Assembly (NCBI GenBank): GCA_963666205.1 | Contig: OY762654.1 | Span: forward strand, 832,001 to 896,000 | Reading direction: 5' to 3' | Length of the DNA: 64,000 bases | DNA from: Synergistales bacterium | Lineage (GTDB): Bacteria > Synergistota > Synergistia > Synergistales > JAFGMB01 | Shown here: positions 9,028-19,865 of the stretch, in pieces | How the letters are laid out: every line of letters starts with the position of its first letter | Position numbering within the stretch: position 1 is the stretch's first letter | Made by a program: the position numbers and the translations under genes | The notes under the pieces: generated by a model | The model's input: the letters and a program-made list of their open reading frames with translations, nothing else | Database searches by the model: none | What the model was told of the DNA's origin: nothing

Positions 9028-10794
9028 ATGAGATGCTGTACGACAGACTCCCCGAAGAACCAGAACCTCCCTGAAAAAAAGATCCTTCTCATCGGTAATC
9101 CAAACGTAGGGAAAAGTGCTATATTCACGAGACTGACAGGGGTCCATGCTCTTTCTTCCAATTACCCGGGGACAACTGTTGGCTTTCTGGAAGGATGGCT
9201 CAGGGCTGGAGATGCACAATACAGACTTATAGATGTTCCAGGAGCCTATACTCTTGAACCCACAAATGAGGCAGAAGAGGTAGCTAACAGGATAATTGAC
9301 GAAGGGGCCGATCTGGCAGTAGTAGTTCTGGATGCCACTGCTTTGGAACGGAACCTTTACCTGGCCTTTCAGGTCCTGGAAAAAGGGATCAACGTTATCG
9401 TAGCCCTTAACATGATAGATGAAACCCGTCACAAGGGAATAAGCATTGATACAGAAACCCTGGAAAAACTTCTGGGAGTCCCTGTTGTCCCTACCATAGG
9501 TGTTACAGGGCAAGGCATACGGACTGTTCTTGAACGTATGCCGGAAGCAAGAACTTCATTTTTCCCCCACATGTCAAAGGAAGAACGCTGGACAGAAATA
9601 GGAAATATCATCGAAAAGGTCCAGTCCGTGGTTCACCGTCATCACACTCTGAAAGACAGATTGGAAGATTTTTCAGTGGATCCGGTATGGGGTGTAGTAC
9701 TCGGTCTTTTTATACTCGCTACAAGCTTTTACCTTGTAAGACAGGTTGGTGAGGGTCTTATAAACTACATTCTGGATCCTCTTTTTGCAAGACTATGGGT
9801 TCCTTCTCTTGAAGGTCTTTCTGACCTGTTAAAGCAGGAGGGGGTGCTCCATCAGGTTCTTATCGGTACTCTGTTTGATGGCTCCATAGATCTCGAGCAG
9901 AGTTTCGGGTTACTCTCCACCGGCCTTTATGTACCTGTTGTCATGGTTCTTCCCTACGTAATATCCTTTTACGGGGTACTGAGTTTTCTGGAAGACTGGG
10001 GCTATCTCCCCCGTATGGCTGTTATTTTTGACTCACTGATGCATCGCCTTGGACTTCATGGTTTTGCCATCGTTCCGGCGTTACTTGGCCTTGGCTGTAA
10101 CGTGCCCGGTATAATCGCAACAAGGATCCTTGAATCTCCACGGGAAAGGTTCATTGCAGCGACCCTGATATCAGTAGCCGTACCATGTGCCGGACTTCAG
10201 GCTATGATAATTGGTGTCCTTGGAGATATTGGTCTCAAGTACGTTATCATAGTATACGTATCACTGATAATCGCATGGATAGTTATAGGCAGGATCCTGC
10301 ATCTTTTGCTTCCCGGGTACAGTCCGGAACTTATCGTTGAGATCCCCCCATACAGGTTACCCTCCTTCAAAGGGCTTTTCTATAAGCTATGGTTCAGAAC
10401 AAAGGGGTTCCTGATAGAAGCGATCCCTCTTGTTATGGTAGGAGTTCTTATTGTGAATTTCCTTTACATGACAGATCTTATGGGACATCTGGGAATCATA
10501 CTCAGTCCGGTTTTCAATGGGCTGCTTGGGTTACCTGTAGAAACAGCAGGCCCTATCCTGCTGGGTCTTCTACGAAAAGATGTAGCAGTGGGAATGCTTA
10601 TGCCCCTGGGACTCACTCCGGATCAGCTTGTAATAGCAACGGTGACCCTCGCAATGACCTTCCCCTGTATTGCGACGTTTGTGGTCCTGTGGAAAGAACT
10701 GAGGGCCAGGATGTTTGCAAGTCTCCTGATAATGGTCTTATCTGCACTCACCACTGGTATCCTTCTTCGCATTTTTCTTTCTCTGGAATTCTGA
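9028..10794 (+). CDS. feoB: Ferrous iron transport protein B
   Basis: GNPNVGKS, NYPGTTV, DVPG, NMID, LEDWGYLPR, GLGCNVP, ELIVEIPPY. Confidence 0.95.
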   Translation: MRCCTTDSPKNQNLPEKKILLIGNPNVGKSAIFTRLTGVHALSSNYPGTTVGFLEGWLRAGDAQYRLIDVPGAYTLEPTNEAEEVANRIIDEGADLAVVVLDATALERNLYLAFQVLEKGINVIVALNMIDETRHKGISIDTETLEKLLGVPVVPTIGVTGQGIRTVLERMPEARTSFFPHMSKEERWTEIGNIIEKVQSVVHRHHTLKDRLEDFSVDPVWGVVLGLFILATSFYLVRQVGEGLINYILDPLFARLWVPSLEGLSDLLKQEGVLHQVLIGTLFDGSIDLEQSFGLLSTGLYVPVVMVLPYVISFYGVLSFLEDWGYLPRMAVIFDSLMHRLGLHGFAIVPALLGLGCNVPGIIATRILESPRERFIAATLISVAVPCAGLQAMIIGVLGDIGLKYVIIVYVSLIIAWIVIGRILHLLLPGYSPELIVEIPPYRLPSFKGLFYKLWFRTKGFLIEAIPLVMVGVLIVNFLYMTDLMGHLGIILSPVFNGLLGLPVETAGPILLGLLRKDVAVGMLMPLGLTPDQLVIATVTLAMTFPCIATFVVLWKELRARMFASLLIMVLSALTTGILLRIFLSLEF

Positions 10795-11075
10795 ACAGTA
10801 CAAACCGGAAACCTGTTTTCCTGTTGTACAAAGTTCTCTTTATGCTCTCCATATTTTTTATGATCCACAGGTTCAACCATATCCCCTTCCCGGAGGAAGT
10901 TTTCGGGGAATTACCCATATTCAGACTCATGAGCAGGATGTTATCCCTCATTAAGATGGTCAGTTCTGATCAGTTTCTACATACTCATTTTACTAAAAAC
11001 AGCTATCACTGAAAGGTAACATCTATTATGAGGATGGATCCAGAAGCAGATCAGTCCCTCCAATAAAGAGTATTC

Positions 11076-12449
11076 TCAATGCCTTGAAAATCCGGTTTTT
11101 CTTTTCAGAAAATTACCCCTACCCATGTCGCCGATAAATTCACCTTTATAAAAGATCATTTCACCACGGGATATAGTTGCGATGACCCTACCTTGTACGA
11201 TCAGCCCTTCATAGGGAGAAAAATCTGTTTTCATATGGAGATCACTGGCATGGATGGTCCATTTTGAAGAGGGGTCAAATATAACCAGGTCCGCATCAGA
11301 ACCAATTGCAAGAATTCCCTTTTGAGGGAACAGGCCATATACTTTTGCCGCATTTTCCGACAGGATTTTTGTAAGATCCTCCAGGGATAATCTATTTTTC
11401 ATTATCCCCTCTGAAAAAATAAGGGGTAACATCGTTTCAGTTCCCGGTAACCCTTTGGGCAATCTGGAAAAGGAACCCTGCCATTTCTTCTGTTCTTTTC
11501 TATACTGGCAATGATCGGAAGCGACAAAGGATAAGGTCCCCTTTGAAATAGCATCCCACAAAGAAGCCCTGTCCTCTGTTTTTCTCAACGGGGGAGCTAT
11601 GGAATACAGATATCCATGATCTGTTTCATACAGGCTATCATCAAGAAGAAGATACTGGGGGCAAGTCTCGCCTGTTACTGATACACCCTCACGCTGGCCT
11701 CTTCGAAGTTCCTCAAGTCCCTGAGAAGAACTCACATGAACGATATGCAAATTGGATCCAGTAATTCTGCCATAGAATATGACCTGTGCGATCGATGAAG
11801 CTTCAGCTGCTGGTGGTCTGGAATACGAGAATTTTGACATTCTGGACAAGTCCTGGGGAGTCATTCTATTGAGAAGTCCTTTTATAAGGTCATCATCCTC
11901 ACAATGGACCAGGGCCAACGCTCTCATATCAGCTATCTCTCTGAAAGCATGGTATAGGACATCCGAGCCGGATCCCCTCCCCGAATCAGAGTATGTAGTA
12001 AAGAATTTAAAACTCGAAACCCCCATTTCAAGAGCTTTTCGGAATTGCCATTCATCTCCCGGCAACCAACCTGTTACTTCGGCATGAAGACCAAAATCGA
12101 TCACACTTTCACTTGCAGATTGGAGCCTGGCGTTAATATCCTCGGGAATGGTTCTATGAGGGGAAGATGAATTGGTAAAGTCTATAATTGTCGTTATTCC
12201 TCCTGCTGCTGCTGCTACTGTGCCATTATAGAAATTATCACTGGTCACAGTCTCCCCTGTTTCAAGGTCCATATGGGTGTGGGGGTCTATGATCCCGGGT
12301 AGAACATACATTCCACGTGCTTCTATTTCCTCTTTCCCTCGAAAACCGGTTCCTATAGCTGCTATTCTTTCTCCCATAACCGCAAGATCCGCTTGGATAA
12401 TGCTTCCTGATAAGTGTAGTTGCCCGTTCCTGATAACAAGGTCATACAT
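11076..12449 (-). CDS. hydA: Dihydropyrimidinase / D-hydantoinase
   Basis: PGIIDPHTH, GGITTIIDF, SFKFF, VHCED, VHVSS, GETCPQYL, SDHC; start MYDLVI at 12449. Confidence 0.85.
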   Translation of the reverse strand: MYDLVIRNGQLHLSGSIIQADLAVMGERIAAIGTGFRGKEEIEARGMYVLPGIIDPHTHMDLETGETVTSDNFYNGTVAAAAGGITTIIDFTNSSSPHRTIPEDINARLQSASESVIDFGLHAEVTGWLPGDEWQFRKALEMGVSSFKFFTTYSDSGRGSGSDVLYHAFREIADMRALALVHCEDDDLIKGLLNRMTPQDLSRMSKFSYSRPPAAEASSIAQVIFYGRITGSNLHIVHVSSSQGLEELRRGQREGVSVTGETCPQYLLLDDSLYETDHGYLYSIAPPLRKTEDRASLWDAISKGTLSFVASDHCQYRKEQKKWQGSFSRLPKGLPGTETMLPLIFSEGIMKNRLSLEDLTKILSENAAKVYGLFPQKGILAIGSDADLVIFDPSSKWTIHASDLHMKTDFSPYEGLIVQGRVIATISRGEMIFYKGEFIGDMGRGNFLKRKTGFSRH

Positions 12450-12549
12450 TTTCCCAACCTCCATGTCTGTTCTCGAGATGTACAGATACATATTACTGGC
12501 GGGAAGAAATAAATGTAAATGATGCAAAAGGCTGACAGGTAATAAGGCG

Positions 12550-12576
12550 ATTATACTGGAGAGGGTCTCCTGTCAA
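12550..12576 (-). promoter_or_regulatory. Promoter of the dihydropyrimidinase gene
   Basis: TTGACA-N15-TATAAT on the minus strand (perfect hexamers, short spacer). Confidence 0.5.
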
Positions 12577-12577
12577 C

Positions 12578-12626
12578 AATACACAAGCCGGATCAGCTGA
12601 AAATGAGCTGATCCGGCTTGTGTATT
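12578..12626. terminator. Hairpin with 21-bp arms downstream of folD
   Basis: aatacacaagccggatcagct-N7-agctgatccggcttgtgtatt. Confidence 0.7.
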
Positions 12627-12645
12627 TACCGCCTGTCTAATTTAG

Positions 12646-13491
12646 TTATTGTGCTTTAAAAGCCTCGAGGGTATTGAGTAGGAGCATGGCGATGGTCATG
12701 GGTCCTATTCCCCCCGGTACAGGTGTTATCCAGGAGGCCTTTTCCTTCAGGGCCTCGAAGTCCACATCTCCCACGAGTCCCTCTTCCAGCCGGTTTATCC
12801 CCACGTCAACTATTACTGCTCCCTCTTTGACCATTGGTGCGGTGAGGAACTTTGCCTTTCCTATGGCTGTCACTATGATGTCCGCCTCTTTCGTGTAACT
12901 GGCCATGTCCTTCGTCCTGCTGTGACAGACGGTCACCGTGGCGTTCTGCGCCATGAGCATGGAGGCTACGGGCTTGCCCACTATGTTGCTCCGGCCCAGC
13001 ACAACGGCCCTTTTCCCTTCAAGTTCTATCCCATACTCCCTTAGAAGGTACATGATACCCTTGGGGGTGCACGGTTCCGTCCCCTTAAGCCCCGTAACGA
13101 GCTTTCCCATGTTTATGGGGTGGAATCCGTCCACGTCCTTTTCCGGCCTTATGGCGGCTATGATGCTGTCGCTGTCCATGTGCCGGGGAAGGGGAAGCTG
13201 CACCAGGATCCCGTCTATGCGGGGGTCGTTGTTCATCTCTTCCACAAGGGATAGGAGTTCCTCCTGGGTGGTCTCCTCGGGCAGGCGGTGTAGAATGGAG
13301 TCAAAACCTGCTGCCCTGCACGCCTTCTCCTTCTGTCCCACGTATACCCTGGATGCGGGGTTCTCTCCCACTATCACTACGGCAAGGCCGGGAACTCCCC
13401 TGCCTTCTCCCCTTAGCCTTTCCACTTCCGCCGCTATCTTCTCCCTTACCAGGGCGGCTGTTTTCTTTCCGTCAAGAAGCCGGGCTGTCAA
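12646..13491 (-). CDS. folD: Methylene-THF dehydrogenase / methenyl-THF cyclohydrolase
   Basis: LLDGK, GILVQLPLP, KDVDGFHP, PCTP, GRSNIVGKP, TPVPGGIGPMT; TTG start. Confidence 0.96.
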   Translation of the reverse strand: MTARLLDGKKTAALVREKIAAEVERLRGEGRGVPGLAVVIVGENPASRVYVGQKEKACRAAGFDSILHRLPEETTQEELLSLVEEMNNDPRIDGILVQLPLPRHMDSDSIIAAIRPEKDVDGFHPINMGKLVTGLKGTEPCTPKGIMYLLREYGIELEGKRAVVLGRSNIVGKPVASMLMAQNATVTVCHSRTKDMASYTKEADIIVTAIGKAKFLTAPMVKEGAVIVDVGINRLEEGLVGDVDFEALKEKASWITPVPGGIGPMTIAMLLLNTLEAFKAQ

Positions 13492-13642
13492 TATAAAGAC
13501 ACTTCCTTTCAGTTTCCTCGTATTTCAGTTATCTCTTTCCTTATTTTCCTGGTTTCTTACTTCTTTCTCTGGTCCTTCTATTATTTTTTTGCGGTTTCCC
13601 CTGACCGCTCTTTCATGTTCCCCTCCGGTCCAGGAGGCTCCT

Positions 13643-14188
13643 TCAGCTGGTGGTTCCCCTCAGGGGTGACGCCACTTTTCCTGCTATCCTCTCTGCAAAG
13701 AGGGCATAGAGGGGTACGGTGAAGCAGAAGGATATGGCCCTCGGCGGAAGGGTGGTCCACAGGGGTATGCCGAAGAGCATCTTCAGAAAACAGGGCACCA
13801 GTACCATGGATGTGACGAAGAGGCCCGCTCCGCTGGCTATGGCCAGGCGGATAAAGGTCACCCTCTCCCTGCCCATAAGGGTCAGTACGAGGCCGGGGAT
13901 CATTCCGGTGAGGGCGGCGCTGAGGGTGAAGTGGGGCATGTAGACTCCCATGGGGTTCAGGATGAAGCCCAGTATGTCTCCAAGGGCTCCTGCCATACCT
14001 CCTGCCGCGGGTCCGAGGAAGAGCCCCGCAAATACCACGGGAAAACTTCCCAGTCCTATCCTTATCCCTTCCACTCCCCCTATGCTTATCCTCACACTGG
14101 CAAACCTCACCAGGATTATGTTAAGACCCACCAGCAGCCCCAGGGTCACCAGTCTGTGGGTGTCCATTCTTTTCATGGCTTCTTTCAT
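13643..14188 (-). CDS. folT: Folate-family ECF transporter S component
   Basis: About 6 TM segments, RIGLG, GP..GGMAGALGDILG, Y.PHFTLSA.L.G; lies between fhs and folD. Start may be 14176 or 14167. Confidence 0.8.
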   Translation of the reverse strand: MKEAMKRMDTHRLVTLGLLVGLNIILVRFASVRISIGGVEGIRIGLGSFPVVFAGLFLGPAAGGMAGALGDILGFILNPMGVYMPHFTLSAALTGMIPGLVLTLMGRERVTFIRLAIASGAGLFVTSMVLVPCFLKMLFGIPLWTTLPPRAISFCFTVPLYALFAERIAGKVASPLRGTTS

Positions 14189-14356
14189 TGCTCCTTTGTC
14201 TTCTTTAATAAAGGAAGGGGAGATCCGCCTAAGGAGGTGTAATCCTTTGAAGGGGGGGTCGGGGGATCTCCCTGCGCAGTAATGGCTCGTTATGTTATGC
14301 TGCTGTTTCTGTTCTGTTACTGTCCGCTTTCTGCTGCTCTATGGTCCATGCTCTTC

Positions 14357-16024
14357 CTAGAAGAGACCGGAGATGTTACCTTCGTTGTCTATGTCTATCT
14401 TCAGGGCTGCGGGTTTCTTCGGCAGGCCGGGCATGGTCATTATGCTTCCCGTTATGGGTACAAGGAAACCGGCTCCTGCTGAAAGCCTCACTTCCCTCAC
14501 CGTGAGGGTGAAGCCTTCCGGCCTTCCCAGCTTGGCGGGATCATCAGATATGGAGGACTGGGTCTTGGCCATGCATATGAGAAGGTCGTCCATTCCCTGT
14601 TCGTGGATGGCCGCAAGGTCCTTCTCAGCCTTGTCCGTGTAGGTAACGGCTCCTGCTCCGTAGATCTTCTTCGCTATGGCTTCTATCTTCTCCTTTGGCG
14701 TCGCCTTGGCGTCGTACTGGTAGTGGAAGCTGTTCTCCTTCTCGCATGCCCTTACCACTTTCTCCGCAAGGTCTACGGCTCCTTCCCCGCCTCTGGCCCA
14801 TACTTCGGACAGGGATACGGTGGCTCCAAGCCTTACGCAGTGTTCCTCCACGAGCTTCAGCTCGGCTTCGCTGTCGGTGGGGAATCTGTTTATGGCCACC
14901 ACTACGGGTACTCCGAAGGAGCTCAGGTTCTCTATGTGCTTCTCAAGGTTGGGGATCCCTGCTTCAAGGGCCTTCAGGTCCTCCCTGCCAAGGTCGGTCT
15001 TCGGCATGCCTCCGTGCATCTTCAATGCCCTCACTGTGGCTACGAGAACCACTGCGCTGGGATGGAGCCCTGCCATGCGGCACTTGATGTCCAGAAACTT
15101 CTCCGCTCCAAGGTCGGCTCCGAATCCCGCTTCGGTGACGAAGTAGTCCGAGAGCTTCAGTCCGTACTTCGTTGCCTGGACGCTGTTGCATCCGTGGGCT
15201 ATGTTGGCGAAGGGGCCTCCGTGGACGAAGGCGGGCACTCCTTCAAGGGTCTGGACCAGGTTGGGCTTCAGGGCATCCTTGAGCAGAACTGCCATGGAGC
15301 CTTCGGCCTTCAGGTCCCCTGCTGTAACGGCTTCTCCGCTGTATGTATAGGCTATTACCATCCGGGACAGCCTTTCCTTCAGGTCGGCTATGCTCCCTGC
15401 AAGGCAGAGGATGGCCATCACTTCACTGGCTACGGTGATGTCAAATCCCGATTCCCTCGGTATTCCGTGGGGTTTGCCTCCAAGGCCCACTATCACGTTG
15501 CGAAGGGCCCTCTCGTTCATGTCCATGACCCGCCTCAGAACTATCTGACGGGGGTCTATGCCCAGCTCGTTACCCTGCTGGAGATGGTTGTCAAGCAGGG
15601 CTGCCAGAAGGTTGTGGGCGGTGGATACGGCGTGGATGTCGCCTGTGAAATGAAGGTTTATGTCCTCCATGGGCACCACCTGGGAGTAGCCTCCTCCGGC
15701 TGCTCCTCCCTTGACTCCGAAGCTGGGGCCGAGGCTGGGCTCACGAAGGGCTATGGATACCTTCTTTCCTATCTTTGCCAGTCCCTGGCTGAGGCCCACT
15801 GTGGTGGTGGTCTTTCCCTCTCCTGCAGGGGTGGGCGTTATGGCCGTCACCAGAATAAGCTTGCCGTCCTCGTTCCCCTTGACCCTTTCCCACAGGTCGT
15901 AGGATACCTTAGCCTTGTACCTCCCGTAGAGCTCCAGCTCCTCTTCCTTTATTCCCAACCCTTCAGCTACCTCCACTACCGGCTGCATCTTCGCTGACTG
16001 GGCGATCTCGATGTCACTTAACAT
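14357..16024 (-). CDS. fhs: Formate--tetrahydrofolate ligase
   Basis: [56 protein letters not shown]. Confidence 0.97.
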   Translation of the reverse strand: MLSDIEIAQSAKMQPVVEVAEGLGIKEEELELYGRYKAKVSYDLWERVKGNEDGKLILVTAITPTPAGEGKTTTTVGLSQGLAKIGKKVSIALREPSLGPSFGVKGGAAGGGYSQVVPMEDINLHFTGDIHAVSTAHNLLAALLDNHLQQGNELGIDPRQIVLRRVMDMNERALRNVIVGLGGKPHGIPRESGFDITVASEVMAILCLAGSIADLKERLSRMVIAYTYSGEAVTAGDLKAEGSMAVLLKDALKPNLVQTLEGVPAFVHGGPFANIAHGCNSVQATKYGLKLSDYFVTEAGFGADLGAEKFLDIKCRMAGLHPSAVVLVATVRALKMHGGMPKTDLGREDLKALEAGIPNLEKHIENLSSFGVPVVVAINRFPTDSEAELKLVEEHCVRLGATVSLSEVWARGGEGAVDLAEKVVRACEKENSFHYQYDAKATPKEKIEAIAKKIYGAGAVTYTDKAEKDLAAIHEQGMDDLLICMAKTQSSISDDPAKLGRPEGFTLTVREVRLSAGAGFLVPITGSIMTMPGLPKKPAALKIDIDNEGNISGLF

Positions 16025-16066
16025 TCTCGGTTCCTCCTGTTCTGTTATTTACAGCTATAAAAAATA

Positions 16067-17692
16067 TTATTCGGTTGATCGGGCCGATCTTTTAAGGATC
16101 CTGCCCGGTCGAGCCTGGGTAAATCTTCCTTTCTCCACCACTGCTGATCCGTTAACAATAACGTAATGTATTCCTTCAGGGAAATGGTGTGGTTCCTGGA
16201 ATGTAGCCCTATCGATAATAGTTTCAGGATCAAAAATCACGATATCCGCCCAGAAACCCTCCTTGAGAAGGCCTCTGTCCTGAATACCCATTTTTGATGC
16301 AGGCATAGAAGTCATCTTTCTTACGGCTTCCTCGATAGAAAGGACCTTTTCATCCCTCACGTATTTTCCAAGAACTCTTGGGAAAGAACCATAGGCTCTT
16401 GGATGGGGTTTACCTCCGGAATCTGGAGAGGTTACCCATGAATCCGATATTATTGCAGAAAAAGGGCTTGCTATGACTGTTTTGACATCCTCTTCGCTCA
16501 TCGCAAAGACGACCATTGTGGCATTTCCATCTATCTCCAGAAGGAGATCCAAAAACTTTGAATAGATTTCCCCGTCATGGGGAACACAACGAAATATCTT
16601 ATTAAGAGAAAGCCCTTCATAATCAGTTCGTGAAGGACATTCTCCAATGAATATCCTGTCAATTCCAAGTTGCTTTATAAGACTGTCATTACCACCTTCA
16701 GCTCGTGCAAGGGCACAAATTATAGATTCTCTTGCATCCGGATCATTCAGTCTTTGAAGCATACTCTCTATTCCGCCTTCAAGAGCCCAGGTCGGAAGAA
16801 GGGATGTAATAGTGGTGCTTATAGCAGTATATGGATATACATCACAACTTACATCCACACCATCTTCTCTGGCCCTTGCTATCATAGCCAGGGAATCATG
16901 GACTTTCCCCCAGTTCCTGTTTGACATTGCCTTGTGATGAGATATTTCTACTGCAATACCATTTGCACGACCGATATCAATAGCCTCCTGTACTGATTCG
17001 AGAAGATCATTTCCCTCATCTCTCAGATGAGTCGCATAAATTCCACCATATTCGGTTAAAACAGAAGCAAGTTCAATTAACTCATCTTTTCGGGAATAAG
17101 TCCCAGGGGGATAGATCAGGCCCGTTGACATGCCAAATGCTCCATCCTCCATGCTCTGTTTAAGAAGAGACTTCATTTCCTCCATTTCAACCCTTGAAGG
17201 GTCGCTTCCTTTAAAACCCATGACTGCAACTTTCAAGGTTCCATGGCCGACAAGGGGCACAAGATTCAGGGCAATGCCTTTTTCAATCACTCTTTCATAA
17301 AAATCCCCAAGGCTTTTCCAGTTCCACATATAGTTATAGTGTTTAGCCAGAAATGGAGAATTGTATTTCTTGAGCTGTTCAAGTCTTTCTGGATTCACAG
17401 GAGCCATGGAAAGACCACAATTACCAACTACAGAAGTTGTCACTCCCTGCATGGTATAAGAATCACCCAGTGGAAATGCCAGAATACCCTGGTCCACATG
17501 ATTATGAAGATCGATAAAACCAGGCGATACGACAAGTTTATCCGCATCTATTTCAATTTTTCCCTGCTCATGGATCTTTCCTATTTTTGCAATCTTTTCA
17601 TCTTTTATTCCAATGTCCCTGAAAACAAAGGGGTTCCCGGTGCCGTCAACGATTTTTCCGTTCCGTATTATCAGATCATATCGTGCTTCCAT
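16067..17692 (-). CDS. D-aminoacylase-like amidohydrolase (copy A)
   Basis: PGFIDLHNH, GNCG, STGLIYPPG, THLRDE, SHHK, DVYPY, HPRAYGSFPR; start MEARYDL at 17692. Confidence 0.88.
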   Translation of the reverse strand: MEARYDLIIRNGKIVDGTGNPFVFRDIGIKDEKIAKIGKIHEQGKIEIDADKLVVSPGFIDLHNHVDQGILAFPLGDSYTMQGVTTSVVGNCGLSMAPVNPERLEQLKKYNSPFLAKHYNYMWNWKSLGDFYERVIEKGIALNLVPLVGHGTLKVAVMGFKGSDPSRVEMEEMKSLLKQSMEDGAFGMSTGLIYPPGTYSRKDELIELASVLTEYGGIYATHLRDEGNDLLESVQEAIDIGRANGIAVEISHHKAMSNRNWGKVHDSLAMIARAREDGVDVSCDVYPYTAISTTITSLLPTWALEGGIESMLQRLNDPDARESIICALARAEGGNDSLIKQLGIDRIFIGECPSRTDYEGLSLNKIFRCVPHDGEIYSKFLDLLLEIDGNATMVVFAMSEEDVKTVIASPFSAIISDSWVTSPDSGGKPHPRAYGSFPRVLGKYVRDEKVLSIEEAVRKMTSMPASKMGIQDRGLLKEGFWADIVIFDPETIIDRATFQEPHHFPEGIHYVIVNGSAVVEKGRFTQARPGRILKRSARSTE

Positions 17693-17711
17693 AACTCTAT
17701 CCTGTTGGTCC

Positions 17712-19043
17712 TCACCATGGACCAACTATCTGATGACCCAGGGCAATTGTAGGCAGCCAGCAGGATAGGAATGGAATATAGGTTGTAAGGAGCAGGACAG
17801 GAATTCCTACAAGAATCAGGAAAAGCATCATAGGTTTGATCAATTCTCCTGCCGGCACTCCGGAAAGTCTCGATCCTACAAAAATAGACATTGCAAATGG
17901 AGGTGTCATTACTCCCAATCCTATATTAAGTATTATCATGGAACCAAGATGTACAAGATTGATATTCAGTTCCTTGGCAAGTGGAAGGATAAGAGGAACG
18001 GCAAGGATGAGGATCGGTATTCCATCAAGGAACATCCCCAGAAGAAGCAGAAAGGCATTGATCGATATGAGGATCAGGTATTTACTGTGGAAAAGACCAA
18101 GCATAAATGCTGCCAGACTCTGAGCTACACCCTGGCGTGTCAGGAACCTTGTCAGGACAGTTCCTCCACCGAGCAGTAGAGCTATCATTCCGAGAGTAAT
18201 CACTGTGCTGGTCATGGCTTTCACGAAATTCCCCAATTTCAGATCCCGGTAAATAAAGAAGCCTACTGCCATGCAATAGAATACTGCAATGGCTCCAGCT
18301 TCGTTGGGAGTACAGATACCACCATAAATTCCCACAAGAATCAGCAATGGACATCCAAGGGCCGGAAGAGCCGCCCATGTTGCTGATACAAGCTCTTTCA
18401 TTGAATCTCTGAATGTTTCTGGCATGTCCGGAACTTCCGTACTTGGAATAGTGTATTTATCAACTATAAAATAGTTAAGGATACCGTAACCTAGAGCCAG
18501 AAGAAGCCCTGGAAAAACTGTAGCGAGGAAAAGAGCGGCAACTGACTGCTGCGCTACCAGACAATATATCAAAGCAGGTACGCTCGGAGGAATAAGATAC
18601 CCCAGAAAACTTGAAGAACAGAGGACTGCCGTAGTATAGCTTTTTTTATACCCGTACTTTTCAAGTCTTGGAACCAGCAATGGAATGAGAGCCGAAATAC
18701 ATGGTACAGATGAACCTGTAAGAGCACTCATAAAAAGAGTAGCTATAATACCGACCACTATAAGACCACCCTTGACCTTACCAACAAGGGCGTACGAAAA
18801 ACGTACAATTCGATCTGCCAGACCCGCCTCAGAGATCAGAGCACCTGCAAAAACAAAAAACCCTATTGCCATTACCACCGGAGTAAACAGGGAATGGAAG
18901 AAAGTACCAGCGATGAACGACAGGGGTGCTTCAATAAGGAAGAGGCCCAGTGCTGTACTTGCAAGGAAAACCCATCCCAGGGGAAGGCCTATCATTATAA
19001 GGACAAGAAATGAGATTAGAGAAATAATGATCCCGGTTTCCAT
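17712..19043 (-). CDS. dctM: TRAP transporter large permease
   Basis: ALTGSS, LIPPS, GGICTPNEAG, GVMTPPF; about 12 TM segments. Confidence 0.9.
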   Translation of the reverse strand: METGIIISLISFLVLIMIGLPLGWVFLASTALGLFLIEAPLSFIAGTFFHSLFTPVVMAIGFFVFAGALISEAGLADRIVRFSYALVGKVKGGLIVVGIIATLFMSALTGSSVPCISALIPLLVPRLEKYGYKKSYTTAVLCSSSFLGYLIPPSVPALIYCLVAQQSVAALFLATVFPGLLLALGYGILNYFIVDKYTIPSTEVPDMPETFRDSMKELVSATWAALPALGCPLLILVGIYGGICTPNEAGAIAVFYCMAVGFFIYRDLKLGNFVKAMTSTVITLGMIALLLGGGTVLTRFLTRQGVAQSLAAFMLGLFHSKYLILISINAFLLLLGMFLDGIPILILAVPLILPLAKELNINLVHLGSMIILNIGLGVMTPPFAMSIFVGSRLSGVPAGELIKPMMLFLILVGIPVLLLTTYIPFLSCWLPTIALGHQIVGPW

Positions 19044-19568
19044 TTACTTATTTCCTCCTTCTATCTGTTCCCATCGCTTTTTCTGAATCTCATGAATACC
19101 GTTGAATACATGGTAAAGAAGGTGTATTGCTGAGAGAACGACAACTCCAAAAAGGATATACACCAGCCAGCTTGTGTTGAACCAGCGAACAAGAGTACCG
19201 TACTCCGGATATTTAATCGATCTTAGAAAGAATTTGTACACTGGCTGGGCAAAAACCAGTATTACGACAAGGGAAATAATATCCATTACAAGTAGATAGA
19301 CACGAAGCCCCCATGGTTTACCAGCAAATACTTTTACCTGGATCATTTCTACAGCTATATGGCCCTTGTTTGCTGCTGTAAAAGCTATAGCCAGGATATA
19401 GGAACTCACAAAAATATAGAGAGCAAGATCACCTATCCACATAACTTCAAAATGAAGCCAGTAACGGTTTAATACCTGAGCAAAAACCAGGGTTGTAGAA
19501 ACAAGCAACCCTATGGAACATATCAGGTTTTCGATCTTTGCAATTCCATTCTGGATATTTTTGAACAA
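19044..19568 (-). CDS. dctQ: TRAP transporter small permease
   Basis: 4 TM segments, QVLNRY, GHIAVE; between dctP and dctM. Confidence 0.85.
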   Translation of the reverse strand: MFKNIQNGIAKIENLICSIGLLVSTTLVFAQVLNRYWLHFEVMWIGDLALYIFVSSYILAIAFTAANKGHIAVEMIQVKVFAGKPWGLRVYLLVMDIISLVVILVFAQPVYKFFLRSIKYPEYGTLVRWFNTSWLVYILFGVVVLSAIHLLYHVFNGIHEIQKKRWEQIEGGNK

Positions 19569-19780
19569 CTTTTATCACTCTCCTCGTGATGAAGGATATG
19601 GGATATTGAAGGTTTGACTTGAATTGAAGATACCGAGTCGGAAATTCATATACCGATGTGTGCTCAAATAATTACGACTTCAGTTATAACAGGACCTTAA
19701 CCTTAAATTTAATGCAACACATATACCCTGATTAAACAAAGACAGTTAAAATAAGGATCTTTCATAAATCTTTCCAGGAT

Positions 19781-19822
19781 TCCAGCCACGTATCCGGAGT
19801 TAAGTCCGGATACGTGGCTGGA
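19781..19822. terminator. Hairpin with 18-bp arms between dctP and dctQ
   Basis: tccagccacgtatccgga-N6-tccggatacgtggctgga. Confidence 0.6.
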
Positions 19823-19865
19823 GGTAATAGAGATTCGATCTGACGAAAATAAAAAAGGTTAAAGC

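Noticed and set aside
12938-13669. 243-aa plus-strand ORF
   Set aside because: Antisense to folD; low-complexity Ser/Pro-rich shadow
13495-14350. Canonical THF or ZMP/ZTP riboswitch near folT/folD
   Set aside because: Conserved cores (AGAGUA..CGUUAAGUG..GGGA; GACUGGCG..CGCCUGGG) not found
14603-15997. 464-aa plus-strand ORF
   Set aside because: Antisense shadow of the GC-rich fhs gene; no motifs
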